This document shows positions 28,859 through 42,400 of a stretch of 64,000 nt of DNA, piece by piece (the first letter of the stretch is position 1; each line of letters starts with the position of its first letter). The notes beneath the pieces were generated by a model that was not told the DNA's origin, did not search any database, and saw nothing but the letters and a program-made list of their open reading frames with translations. The DNA lies in the NCBI RefSeq assembly GCF_009914755.1, contig NC_060937.1; one strand, written 5' to 3'. This stretch comes from the human T2T-CHM13v2.0 reference genome, Homo sapiens. A program made the translations under genes and the position numbers.

Positions 28859-30114
28859 ACATCAGGAGCTAATGAAAAGCACTGATGGATTCCAGAAAGA
28901 AAAATGACATGTGTTTGGCCCCTGATAGTTAAGAAACATTTAAAAATAAGAACAGTGAAGTATATGAGGATATGAACAATGATTAAAGTTTACTCTATTT
29001 CACAAAGGTAATGAAACAAGCATTTACTGAGCACCGTCCACATTCTGGTCACTGCACTAGGCACATGACAAACATTATCTCTTCTAATAATAGAAACTAA
29101 AGCCATAGCCCAAACTGTACCACTTTTAACTCAATGACCAGTATAAACAAACAACTCGTTTGTGTAATCTTTAAATAGAATTAACCATATTGAAATTAAC
29201 TATCAACCAGGAATGTTTAGAGTTGTATATATCTGTGTATATTGTGTTTTATAATAACAGAATAGTATTTTTCTCTTGGATCATTAGTCCAGGCACATTT
29301 TTAAAGTTGATGAAGCCACTGCTCACCTATTTGATGTTCATTATTGGGTAAGAAATCAGCTTAAACTTGTACACTTGGTCACCACCCCACAACTACCAAC
29401 TCCTGAAATAGGCCTAGATTTCTCATTTTAAATTCAAAATGAACACTTTGCTTCCTGTCTAGTCAGCCTTGGATGTTTCTGGCTACTGACACCACCTAAA
29501 GCTTGGTTATTTGGAACTATTATTTTCAGAGAGAGAAAGACAGCTAGAGCAGAAAGGAATAAAAGAAGAGAAGAGTCAAGTGGAGAAGGTCGGCTGAGCT
29601 GCCTGGTCCCTGTTCCCACGGAGACCGCTGAAATAGATCCAGGCTGCGTCCTGTTGGATGGGTTCCTCCTGTGCTTACCGTGCTCCCCTTGTCAACCTGG
29701 CCCACTCATCAGTTCCTCCCAACTTGTTTACACTGGGGACAAGGGCTGCATGGGTACAGCAAAGGAAATTAAAACTGAGGTAGCACGAAAGAAAAAAGTA
29801 GAAATGCATGAAAGGAGATCAGACGCAGTGTTGCTGACTCCTTTCTATGAAAACCAAGCATTTCCCCAGAAGAGTTCAAAAGGTTTATAAACACAAGCCT
29901 GTGGATCTTCTGGAAGGTGGATGTCACCTCTGTGCTATTATACTCTGTAGCATAAAGAGGGCTTGACAGAGGAAGGGAGGAGGGGAATAACAGGTTCTTG
30001 GGCATTGGGCAGACAGAGGTTCCTATCTCAGAGTTGTCACTGACACATGTGCCTTGGCATTTGAACATAACTAAACATTGGATCTCTTTCTCCATCTTTA
30101 ACTTAAGGTGATAT

Positions 30115-30550
30115 CGTGGAAGATACGTTTGATCTTTGCCTTTGCTGCATCTTTTCCTTGCCTCTTCTGGTTACAGCATCCCTCATTTCCCTTTGTTGGG
30201 TAAAGCCTACCCCCATTTCATGCAATCTTTGGGAAGACTGTCAATCAAAGTATTCTAAGGGCTAAGAGTGACTCAGGCCAGGACAATCAAGACACCACCC
30301 CCACCCCACCACCCCATCATTTGTAGGACTGAGCCAGGGTCCAAAAGCCATTGGAGACTGCCTGAACAAATTGTTCATTTGTTCCTGCTCATAAAACCTC
30401 CCAAAATTGCTTTGGTTCTTGTTCTTCCTTGCAGCCTGTATGTTTAACTGTCCCCCTCCTTGCAAGCCTAACAAATTCCAAATTCCTTTTTTGGTAAAAT
30501 TAACTAGTGTTGGTTTCTGTTGCTTGCCACAAAGAACGCTAAATGATGCA
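30115..30550 (+). mobile_element. Old MLT1 (K/L-type) LTR
   Basis: cttctggttacagcatccctcatttccctttg…gttggtttctgttgcttgccacaaagaac; subfamily uncertain. Confidence 0.55.
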
Positions 30551-32099
30551 AATACTTGACCTCTTAGGGCTGCTGTGAGGATTAGCAATAACAAATGCAG
30601 TTCTAGGTTTAAAGTAAAGGCTCAATATCTGCTCCAAAGAATTACTACTAGGGAATAACTTAAGGTTATAACTCTAACAATCAATCCAAGGAAATTCACA
30701 AAGCTAATGAGTCTGTGCCACAGGGTGTTAAGCAATAGGGTGCCCCTTCCACAGCTCCTTCTATGGTCTAATTAACCAAGAGGTGTTGCACATTTCCCAG
30801 ATCAAAAGCACCTTCCCCTACTGGCCTGCCATCCTTTCTGCAATTCCCATCATTCCTGTCATTTGTCAAGTTTTATCATAAAGAAACACTTAAAGCACTT
30901 AAATGTGGTGCTTCCTTGAACCAGTACGTTATTGGCGTGTGTGTGTATGTGTGTATGTGTGTCTGTAAATGCTTATGTGTTACTTTCCCTAAATGCAGAG
31001 AACACATGTTTGACCAATTTGGAGAGAAGTTTAAACTCACTAGGCCTAGTATGTTACTTGTGATCAAGGTTTACAATCATAAGCATTTAAGAAATTCTGT
31101 GTTTTTAAAAAATTTTTTACTTTATTGTGTAGAGCAGTTTTAGGTTCACAGCAAAACTGGACAGAAAGTACAAAGTATTTATTTGTCTGTCTGTTTCTTT
31201 TTTTTGAGAGAGGATTTTGGTCTGTTACCCAGGCTGGAGTGCAATGGTGCAATCATGGCTCACTACAGCTTCTACCTCCTGGGTTCAAGTGATCCTTCTG
31301 CCTCAGCCTCTTAAGTAGCTGGAACTACAGGTGTGTACCACCATGCCCAGCTAATTTTTAAAATTTTTTGTAGACATGGCAGTCTTGCCATTGAGAGGTG
31401 ACAGCGTGCTGGCAGCCCTCACAGCCCTCGCTCACTCTCGGTGCCTCCTCGGCCTCGGCGCCCACTCTGGCTGTGCTTGAGGAGCCCTTCAGCCCACCGC
31501 TGCACCATGGGAGCCCTTCTCTGGGCTGGCCAAGGCCGGAGTCAGCTCCCTCGGTTTGCGGGGAGGTGTGGAGGGAGAGGCGCGAGCAGGAACCTGGGCT
31601 ACACGTGGCGCCTGCGGGCCAGCTGGAGTTCCCAGTCGGCGTGGGCTTGGCGGGCCCTGCACTCGGAGTGGCTGGCCAGCCCTGCCGGCCCGGGGCAGTG
31701 AAGGGCTTACCACCCAGGCCACCTGCTGTGGAGGGTGCGCCAGGTCCCCCAGCAGTGCTGGCCCACCAGCGCTGTGCTCGATTTCTTGCCGAGCCATAGC
31801 TGCCTCCCCTGGGGGCAGCGCTCGGGACCTGCAGCCCTCCATGCCTGAGCCTCCCCAAGCCCTCGCCCTGCCATGGGATCCTGCGCCTCCCGGGCCTCCC
31901 CAAGGAGTGCTGCTCCCTGCTCCACGGCACCCAGTCCCATCGACCACCCAAGGGCTGAGGATTGCGGGCACAGGGCGCGGGACTGGCCGGCAACTCCACC
32001 TGCGGCCCCCATGTGGGATCCACTGGGTGATGCCAGCTGGGCTCCTGAGTCTGGTTGGGACTTGGAGAATCTTTATGTCTAGCTAGGGGATTGTAAATA

Positions 32100-32440
32100 C
32101 ACCAATCAGCACCCTGTGTCTACCTCAGGGTTTGTGAATGCACCAATCGACACTCTGTATCTAGCTACTCTGGTGGGGACTTCAAGAACCTTTGTGTCCA
32201 CACTCTGTATCTAGCTAATCTGGGGAGGTGGAGAACTTTTGTGTCTAGCTCAGGGATTGTAAATGCACCAATCAGCACCCTGTCAAAACGGACCAATCAG
32301 CTCTCTGTAAAACAGACCAATCGGCTCTCTGTAAAACAGACCAATCGGCTCTCTGTAAAATGGACCAGTCAGCAGGATGTGGGTGGGGCCAGATAAGAGA
32401 ATAAAAGCAGGCTTCCCGGGGCAGCAGTGGCAACCAGCTG
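32100..32440 (+). promoter_or_regulatory. LTR12 promoter core: tandem CCAAT (NF-Y) boxes, GATA site, TATA-like AATAAAA
   Basis: Six CCAAT at ~32102, 32143, 32268, 32293, 32317, 32341 (24-bp spacing in the last set); AGATAA ~32391; AATAAAA ~32400. Known ERV9 LTR promoter layout. Confidence 0.8.
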
Positions 32441-32531
32441 GCGTCCCCTTCCACACTGTGGAAGCTTTGTTCTATTGCTCTTTGCAATAAATCTTGCTAC
32501 TGCTCATTGTTTGGGTCCACACTGTCTTTAT

Positions 32532-32935
32532 GAGCTATAACACTCACCACAAAGGTCTGCAGTTTCACTCCTGAAGCCAGCAAGACCACGAACCCACCGG
32601 GAGGAACGAACAACTCCAGGCACACTGCCTTAAGAGCTGTAACACTCACCACCAAGGTCTGCAGCTTCACTCTTGAGCCAGCGAGACCACGAACCCACCG
32701 GGAGGAACAAACAACTCCAGGCACGTTGCCTTAAGAGCTATAACACTCACCTCGAAGGTCTGCAGCTTCACTCTTGAGCCAGCGAGACCACGAACCCACC
32801 GGGAGGAACGAACAACTCCAGGCACGCTGCCTTAAGAGCTATAACACTCACCGCGAAGGTCTGCAGCTTCACTCTTAAGCCAGCGAGACCACAAACCCAC
32901 CAGAAGGAAGAAACTCCGAACACATCCAAACATCA
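32532..32935 (+). repeat. ~101-bp tandem repeat, about 4 copies, in LTR12 U5
   Basis: gagct(a/g)taacactcacc…gaacccaccgggaggaac units at ~32532, 32634, 32735, 32836. Confidence 0.9.
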
Positions 32936-33972
32936 GAAGGAACAAACCCCGAGCACGCCTCCTTTAAGAACTGTAACATTCACCGCGAGGGTCCACGGCT
33001 TCATTCTTGAAGTCAGTGAGACCAAAAACCCACCAATTCCAGACACACCATGTTGCCCAGGCTGGTCTCAACCTTCTGGCCTCACGTGATCCTCCCACCT
33101 CAGCTTCCCAAAGTGCTGAGATTACAGGCCTGAGCCACCACTTCCAGCCAACGTGTGTGTATTTTAACTATTTTATTATGACTTCAATTTTTTCTTTGTG
33201 ATAAAACATAATTATGCAGTCCTATAAAACCTTAAATCAATATACTCTATTGAACATAGAAGGAAATAACCAGGATATTTTCTTGATAAAAGGTGATGCT
33301 TGCCTCACGACGTGGAAACCTGTAACCCACCCCTGAAAAGCTTTGTTTCCTCCGAGTGAAGCAGCAGTCTTAGCCTCTTGCTCTGAGAACTGCCTGTTTA
33401 TTACTTACTTGTTAGATTTCAGAAGCACACATCCTCAAGGCCATATGCAAAGGACTCTGTCTCGTTGGTCGTGAGCATCCTTCTAACCTTGCAATAGCCC
33501 GAACAGTGGAGTGTCAAGGGCAGCAGGAAACAATAAGGCAGGGGAGAGACGCAATCGAGGAGCTTCTCTGTGTTCTGTCTGGATGCCACTTAGCAGAATA
33601 TCCCTCAGAGCAGCCTTCCATGGAACTAAGGCATCTTTTTGTTTTCCTTCTAGAAGAAAATAAAGACAATTTCATCCAGAAATCAGAAAAACAGTGCAGA
33701 AAATGAAGCTGAAATTTTAGGTTCCTGTTGTAAATCACAGCTTATTGTAGGGCAGGCACTTAAGATGTGGTGCCTCCACCCACACCAGAGATCTGCTGCA
33801 TGTTCACCATGCGCCAGGTTTACCAGCCCTGAGCGTTAACCTCTACAATGCGAGTAGTCCCACTGGTATCATTTTCCAGCTGAGGAAACTGAGGTTCAGA
33901 AACACTCAGAAACTCATCAAGCAAATGGCAGAGCTAATATTTGAACATCAGAGCCCAAGCCTTTCTTATTAG

Positions 33973-34150
33973 GTATCTTAGTCCAGGCTGCTCTAACACA
34001 ATACTGTAATGGGTGACTTACACAACAGACCTTTATTTCTCACAGTTGTGTGGGCTGGGCAATCCAAGATTGAGGTGCTGCCAGACTGGGTTCCTGGTGA
34101 GGGCTCTCTCCCTGGCTTGTATCTTACTGTGTGTTCACCTGGTCCTTCCT
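33973..34150 (-). mobile_element. MLT1A-like LTR fragment
   Basis: tcttagtccaggctgctctaaca…tttatttctcacagtt…ggtgagggctctct. Confidence 0.7.
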
Positions 34151-35659
34151 TGGTGACAAATTGTAGAGGAGATAGCAGACATATACAACTAAAGAGGGTA
34201 GCCAAGCTTTTAAATTTTTTTTTAAAAGTCATCTCTCTAGACAGAATATACATATGTGGTTTTGTAGCTATTTTTTACTAGAGATTATAAACAAAGGTAG
34301 CTGTAAAGCAATGAATTCTCAATTCACTATAAAAGTTTTGGAAGCACCATTTTATGCTAGGGGAAGTCCTAGGCACTTGAGTTCCTGTCCCCAGGGAGGT
34401 TTGCAAGCAAAATATGGACAATTAAAATATAGTTGTATAATAAAGATATTAATAAAATACAAATCACCATTTCTTTTGTGGGGGTGAAGGTGGAATGGGT
34501 GCTATATTGAAATATTTTTACATATTATAAAATGCCTCATTAAGAGCCTGTCTTTTCCTGCACCTTGTCTTCTACTTCCTGCTCAAAAGTAGCATATGAA
34601 CTTCCTATTTCTGCCAGCAAGTCAGGTGAGAAGAGAAAATGAGTTTATGAAAGTAGGCATGTGTCAGTGCTCTCTGAAAAAGACTTGTCTGTATGCTGCA
34701 TCAGCACACACCATCATCAAAAAGCAAAGCAAAGCAGGATCGATTTTATTTTAGTGTCTGCGATTTTAAGGACAACAGAAAAACAACAAAAACCTCACAT
34801 GTATTATATCATGGAAGTCTGCCAACCCTCTACCAACAATACTATTCTCATTTTACAGATGCTGAATCTGAGCATCAGAGAAGTTAAGGCACTCGATAAA
34901 GACTTCAGTGATTTTTCCAGATAATACAGGGGAAGAATTGGAACTTAAAGCCAGGTCTTCTGTCTCCAAATCCCATGACCTTTAGAGCATGTTTGAAGGA
35001 GAAAGTTCACACATTTTCATCTGAGATACCTACTACTCTTTCTAAAACTAAATGCGGAGTCTCAGCTGCTTCTATGAGCTGGTAAGGGTGCTGTCGTGGC
35101 TTTGTGACATGTCAGCTTGGCTAGGCTGAGCTTCATTTCCCAGAAATCCCTCCCTGTATGTTTCTGGTTTGGGTGGGTCAAAAGAAACATTCTGGAGGCA
35201 GAAGGGGAGGAGTAGCTATTCTGTAGCTCACAAAGATTGTTACTGATCTGCTGACTCGCCTCAGTGCTCTGGCGCAGCAGCTGAGGCTGCAGCTCTTCTC
35301 CCTTCTCATGGATCCTTTTTCAGCTTCTATGATGCCTGGTCCAGATATGTGTTTAGTTCCCAGGGTCCTGGGTTCTGCAGGATATCCTTGACACTATGGT
35401 CCAAGTCATCAAAAATGGCATAGATTTTGGTCCATCAGCATGGGACTCATGCTGTGAGTTCTAACTTGTTCTTGATCCCTGTTTACATCCATCTTCACTT
35501 TCTGACATGTGGACTTTAAGCTCCAGTGCCAAAGGCAAAGGCTACAGCCATCCAGAGGCTGCTTAAGCAGTTCCCATGATTGTAGAAGGTCAAATCCCTG
35601 TAACAAACTCAGATAGACAGATCATAGAGAGAGGACAGATGGGTAGATAAGACAGAGAG

Positions 35660-36478
35660 AGTTAAGAGGCTGAATTGTATCTGCCCACAATTCATATGTT
35701 GAAGCCCTAGACCCTGGTACCTTAGAATCTGACTCTATTCGGAGACCAGTCCTTTAAAGAGCTGATTAAGTTACAATGAGCCTGTCAGTATTCAATCTGA
35801 CAGATGTCCTTAAAAGAAAAACATACAGCTGACCCTTGAATGACACAAGTTTGAACTGTGCAGGTCCACTTACACATTTTTTCAATAAAAATTACAATGA
35901 GTGTGTCTGTCTCTCCTGCTTCCCCTTCCACCTCTGCTACCCTTGAGACAGCAAAACCAATTCCTCCTCCTCCTCAGCCTACTCAATGAGAAGATAATGA
36001 GGACGATAATCCACTTACACTTAATGAATAGTAAATATATTTTCTCTTCCTTGATTATCTTAATAACATTTTCTTTTCTCTTACTTTATTGTAAGAATAC
36101 AGTATAAAACACATATAACATATAAAATATGTGTTAATTGAATGTTTATGTTATTGATAAGGCTTCTCGGTCAACAGTAGACTATTAGTAATTAAGTTTT
36201 GGGGGAGTCAAAAGTAATACATGAATTTTCAACTGTGCAGGGAGGTCAGTGCTCCTAACCCCCACATTGTTCAAGAGTCAACTGTATCAGGAAATACAGA
36301 GAGAGGCACGATGAGAAGGTGGCCATCTGCAGCCAGGAAGAAAGGCCTCAGGAGAAACCAAACCTGCCGACACCCTGGTTTCAGACTTTCGGCCTCCAGA
36401 ACTTCAGGAAAATAAACTTATGTTCTTTAAGCCACTTAGTGTGCAGTACTTTGTTATGGCAGCCCTAGCAAGCTAAGA
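35660..36478 (+). mobile_element. MLT1B/A-like LTR split by Tigger2a
   Basis: ggctgaattgtatctgcccacaattcatatgttgaagccc… resumes gaaggtggccatctgcagccagg…ggcagccctagcaagctaag. Confidence 0.85.
35826..36284. mobile_element. Tigger2a (MER28)-like Tc1/mariner-type non-autonomous element
   Basis: Terminal inverted repeats cagctgacccttgaa…ttcaagagtcaactg with TA on both sides. Confidence 0.88.
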
Positions 36479-36590
36479 AAGTAAGGAAAGCAAGGAAAGA
36501 AGGAAGGGAGGAAGGGAGGGAGGGAAAGAGAGAGAGAAAGAAAAGGAGGAAGGGAGGGAGGGAGGAAGGAAGGAAAGAAGGCAGGCAGGC
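36478..36590. repeat. GA-rich polypurine tract
   Basis: Roughly 90 nt of pure A/G built from GGAA/GGGA/GA units. Confidence 0.9.
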
Positions 36591-36603
36591 ATACATACAT
36601 GTG

Positions 36604-37050
36604 TATATATTAGTGTTCTTCAGAGAAACAACAAATAGGGTGTGTGTGTGTGTCTGTATTATGTATCTATGTGTAGACATACAGAGAGAGATTTATTTTA
36701 AGGAAGCAGTTAATACAGTTGAGGTGGGGCTTTGGTGCTGGCAAGTCTGAAATCTGTAGGACAGGCCAGCAGGTTGGAAATTGCAGCAAGAGTTGATGTT
36801 GCAGTTTTGAGTCTGGAGGCAGAAGTCCTTCCTCTTTGGGGGACCTCAATCTTTTCTCTTAAGACCTTCAAGTAATTGAAGAGCTCCCCACTCACCTGAT
36901 GGAGGACAATCTGCTTTACTCAAAAGTCTCCTGATTTGAATCCTAATCAAATCTAAAAAATACCTTCACTGCAATATCCAGACAGATGCTTCACCAAACA
37001 ACTGGGCATCATAGCCTAACTAATTTTGACACATAAAATTCACCATCACT
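36604..37050 (-). mobile_element. MLT2D-like ERVL LTR
   Basis: tattagtgttcttcagagaaaca…ttgacacataaaattcaccatcac. Confidence 0.8.
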
Positions 37051-37305
37051 GTGTGTGTGCATCCTAGTGGTTCTGCTTGTCTGATTGAACCCTGACAGAT
37101 TGATATAGGTGTCCTCATCTTATTTTTAAAAATCTGCAAAGTTTCTGCATGCTCTCCTTTGATAATTACTGCTATTCCTCACTCCATTAAAATAACACCC
37201 AACAGCTGAGAGAAAATGCAGTGCTTGTGTTAACTGCCCTGACAGGCCCCAAGCCTATCTGCTGGGGGCAAGATAGGAGCTCCCCACAGGTCCTCACATT
37301 TAAAA

Positions 37306-37857
37306 TAGTGGTTCTCAAACTTTAGTGTGAGGCTAGGCTAAGCTCCATCAGAGCCCCCGAGGAGTCTGTTAAAACACAGACTTCTGGGTCCCACTCCCAG
37401 AGTTACTGATTCCATAGGTGATATGGTTTGGCTCTGTGTACCCACCCAAATCTCATGTCAAATTGTAATCTCCATGCTTTGAAGGAGGGACCTGGTGGGA
37501 GATGACTGGATCATAGGGGCAGTTTCCCCCATGCTGTTCTCATGATAGTGAAGGAGCTCCATGAGATCTGATCGTTCCCCCAGCTCTCTCTCCTGCTGCC
37601 TGTGAAAAAGGTGCCTGCTTCCCCTTTGCCTTCTGTCATGATTGTAAGTTTCCTGAGGCCTCTCCAGCCATGCAGAACTGTGAGTCAATTACAACTCCTT
37701 TCTTTATAAATTACCCAGTCTCAGGCAGTTCTTTATAGGAGTCTTAGAATGGACTAATAGAGTAGGATTGGGGTAGAGCCTGAGATTTTACATTTTCTAG
37801 CGAGTTTTCAGATTATATCTATGCTAGTGGTTTTGGGACCACACTTTGAGAACCACT
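37306..37857. mobile_element. MER5A split by a THE1D-like LTR
   Basis: TIRs agtggttctcaaa…tttgagaaccact. Confidence 0.85.
37419..37761 (+). mobile_element. THE1D-like MaLR solo LTR
   Basis: tgatatggtttggctctgtg…aatggactaataga; near-TSD atagg/gtagg. Confidence 0.9.
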
Positions 37858-38009
37858 TCTCTAGGATACCTCAAAGCCTGGGTCAGTGAACTTTAGCACT
37901 GCTGTCAGAACAAATGCTAAGAAATCAAACCTTAGGTAAAAGGAATACTAATGTTCCACCTTGATTTGGAAACACTCTTAACTCCCACTCTGAAAACATA
38001 TATTTTATA

Positions 38010-38999
<990 letters not shown>

Positions 39000-39427
39000 A
39001 TACCACATTTAAAAGCACAGATATGCACATTTTTTCTGAATAGACATAGCTGTAGAAAGCATTTAGGATTATTTTGTCACCCAACCTGTTGTAGTCTTTA
39101 ACAGCTTTCATTCCCTACAAAGAAGTTCTGAAAGGCGAAATGATTCCACACATCTGTGTCAGATACAAGGAAGACAGAAAGCCAAGAGACAGGACGGGCT
39201 TCCTCTACTTGAATGTCATTTAAACAGAAAGAGAGGGTAGGTCTGAGATCCACTGGACTGAAGGAGTTCTGATGTAGGTCTTCCTGGAGAGGAAACTTCA
39301 GGAACACTAGAAAGATGGAGGCATGATGCGTCTGCCACCTTGCTCTGTAGCCCCAGCCAGCGGTGATGACAAAAGGATGTAAGAGGCCAGAGAGGTTCCT
39401 GGGTCAGCTTTGCAGCTTTGCTCCAGG

Positions 39428-39778
39428 CTTTTCTTTAACTTTTATTTTAGGTTTGGGGTACATCTGCGGGGTCTGTTATATAGGTAAACTCATGTCACAC
39501 GGGTTTGTTGTACAGATTATGTCATCACCCAGGTACTAAGCCTAGTACTCAATAGTCATTTTTTTCTGATCCTCTCTCTCCTCCCACCCTCCACCCTCAA
39601 GTAGGTCCCAGCGTCTGTTGTTCCCCTCTTTGTGTCCATGTGTTCTCATCATTTAGTTCCCACTTATAAGTGAGAACATGCAGTATTTGGTTTTCTGTTC
39701 CTACGTTAGTTTGCTAAGGATAATGGTCTCCAGCTCCATTCATGTTGCTCTAAAGAACACGATCTCATTCTTTTTTTC
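39428..39778 (-). mobile_element. L1PA15/16-like 3' end
   Basis: ttttattttaggtttggggtacat…cccacttataagtgagaacatgcagtatttggttttctg. Confidence 0.88.
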
Positions 39779-41284
39779 TGAGCCACTCTTTGCACTTCCC
39801 ATTCACTGGATTGGGAGGTTGGAGGGACTGAAGGGAGAAGCCTAAGGGAAGACCTCTGTGCTTTACAGACCTGATCCACCACTCAGAAGTGGGGCCCTCA
39901 CTGAACATTCACCAGTGCCCCGCCCAGTGCTCTACTCTGTGGGCACACAGAGATTTATAAGACCCGTCGGAGTCCCTTTCCTTGGAAGACTATAATTCAG
40001 TGGTGGAGTGGTGTACACAGGGGAGGGATCAAATGCTAAACTGGGGTTACTGGACAAATGCTTTGGGAAGAGACAGATCAAAGCAGGTTCCCTGCTAGAT
40101 AGGATCTAGTTTCCTAGCTCTAAATTGGGGCCAGAGTTTATTCACTTTTTTGAATGAACCAAATTATTGCTCTTTTCTTCCTTTAAATAACCTTCATATT
40201 GCTATATCACAGAATATTTTATTAGTGCTGTGGGGTTTGGGTTTCAATTAAAAACCCTCTGTCCCCAAGGACATGAATCCTTTTCTAATAACACTGAAGA
40301 TTAAAGACAGTTAGAAGCTAAAGTACAGTTGGTCTATACAATTGAAAATAGCCTTGAAGAGCAAGTATGCACTTTTTAAAACCTAAGTGCATTGTTACAG
40401 AAAAGTTATTATTTGTTTGGAAAAAAACAAGAAAAATCATTGTCATGCCATAGCAACCAGACTGGTAAGTAATACAGAACAGGCTGAACTGATAAAAATA
40501 TCTGTGAAAATGTCCAGATTGATGAAATATTCTAAAAATAATTTTAACAAAATAGTGAACAAAATTAAATTGGCCTAATTTTCCATACATGCCATCTCAT
40601 GTTTTATTTTTTTAAAGCTAAAATATTCACTTTGAAAATGATTTTAGCACTACCATCTGGTAAAAAAGAAAGTGCAAAGCCCTAGACGTTGGACAATAGG
40701 AAGATACTCTGTAGATCTAAGGAATAAAACTTCAACATTCTAATGGCAAACAAATACGTACATAGCCCAGCATTTACAGCTGATACTTCCCCATGCTAAG
40801 TCTTCAAAGTAATAGTTTAGAAGTACCTGCAGCCTTTAAAATGAGTACTAACTTCTTCCCCACTGTTATTATTTACTTCTCTTTTCAGGATTTCAAGCAG
40901 ATGAGCACTGTTGCTTTGCCAGCTTGCAGAGGAAACAGAATTTCCAATTATAAATTCTAACATTAGATGAGCAAAACCCTGATCCAACTCTAACAAGGAA
41001 ATTGACGGTTTTATAACAGCAGTGTTTTAAGGGAGAAACTGCCAGCATTTGTTGGTATAGATTTAGAAGGGAACTTGCTTCAGGTCAGCTGTCAATCAAG
41101 GGCTCTTTGTGTTTTCAGAGTAGACTCTGAGAAGCGAGTTACAAAGCTGAGCTACTCCAGAAGATAGTTGAGTATTTTTCTATTCTTCTATGAGCAGGAA
41201 AGACAAAGCAGTGAATTGCTTTTTATGGGGCCTAGTGCCCTATCATTGCAAGGGTGTACTGGGGAGTGCTTTTGAATCACATCT

Positions 41285-42400
41285 TCACTCATTCACTCAT
41301 TCATTCAACGTTGATTGAATTAGACAGATGGGACCCATGCCAAGCACTTGCTAGGTCTTGGAGATGTGACAATGAATAACACATAACTCCTTCCATGAGG
41401 AGTTTAGGAAATAAATTTGGACACGTAAGCAAATACTTTTTTAAAGATTATGCTATAACCCCTAAAAATTATTAATTATATTAATACATTATATTACCAT
41501 CAAATTTATAATACAAATATTTAAATTAAAATTAAATGTTAAGTAAATATTTAAATTAGTAATTTGTATTAATATTAAAATATTAACTGTGATATAAATA
41601 TGTAAGATTCTTTTAGGGCTCATAAAGGGAGAATAGTTTATTCTCCCTGGAAGAGTCAAGGAAGGCCTAATAAAGGAGTGATGATTTTGCTGAAATTTAA
41701 AGATTGGTAGGTTGTATGAAATCTACCATACATGGTGTAAGGAGGGAGGATCATTTCAGACCAAAGGGATACTGTTAGGAAGGTCATGGAAGCATGAAAT
41801 GGTTGTGGCTGGAGTAGGGGACACAACGGTGGGTTTTGAGGGGCTAAGAGGTAGGGGACCAGGTTGCAGGAGATGAGGACCTTGCTATATAAAGCTGTGT
41901 GATTTGTGGAGAGTGTGGATCTTATCCTATACATAGAGGACAGCAATTCAAGGGATTTAAGCCAAGGAATAATCTGCTCAAACCTACACTGGCATATGTA
42001 GAGACTGAACCCAAGTAGGAAGCAGGTAGTGAAAGCATCAAGGAGGCAACAGTAGTAATTGGGTTAATAGGTGAAGAGGGCATGAACAAAGGCACAAGAG
42101 AGGTTGAAGAGGGGACGTTGGAACTGGCAGGATTTGGAGGTCAATTGTATTATTGGATGGAAGAATGGGAAGAGATTGGGATGACTTTCTAGTGTTTACC
42201 CTGCAGGTGTGGATGGATGGTGGTTCCACTTACTATAATGAAGACATAAGAGAGGATGGGGTTTGAACAGGTTGAGCTACTGAAACTAAAGGATCCTCGA
42301 GGGCAATGCCATGTCTTACATCACATTTGATACTCCTTACTTAAGACAATAACTATAATATAGTAACTTTCAATAAATAGTGAATGAATAGATGAACTGA
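41285..42400 (-). mobile_element. L2 (decayed) with AT-rich insert
   Basis: (cattcact)n tail at ~41285-41308 and L2 antisense body. Confidence 0.65.

Larger units (their letters stand above)
31392..33047 (+). mobile_element. LTR12C-like (ERV9) full-length solo LTR, 1656 bp
   Basis: Starts tgagaggtgacagcgtgctggc, ends ccaattccagacaca; perfect 4-bp TSD CCAT; GC/CpG-rich U3 and tandem repeats. Confidence 0.96.
31183..33149 (-). mobile_element. AluJ split by LTR12C (pieces 31183-31391 and 33048-33149)
   Basis: The halves rejoin as …agtcttgccat|gttgcccaggctggtctc… once the LTR and one TSD copy are removed. Confidence 0.9.
35092..37107 (+). mobile_element. LTR41-like ERVL LTR (pieces ~35092-35630 and ~37051-37107) hosting nested elements
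   Basis: 5' tgtcgtggctttgtgacatgtcagcttggctaggctga; 3' tcctagtggttctgcttgtctgattgaaccctgac. Confidence 0.7.

Noticed and set aside
31358-32086. Several overlapping 100-221-aa ORFs and a CpG-island-like region
   Set aside because: All lie in the GC-rich LTR12C U3, where stops are scarce; not a gene or host CpG island.
32270-32935. Regularly spaced repeats resembling a CRISPR array
   Set aside because: Head-to-tail LTR12 repeats without unique spacers; eukaryotic context and no cas genes.
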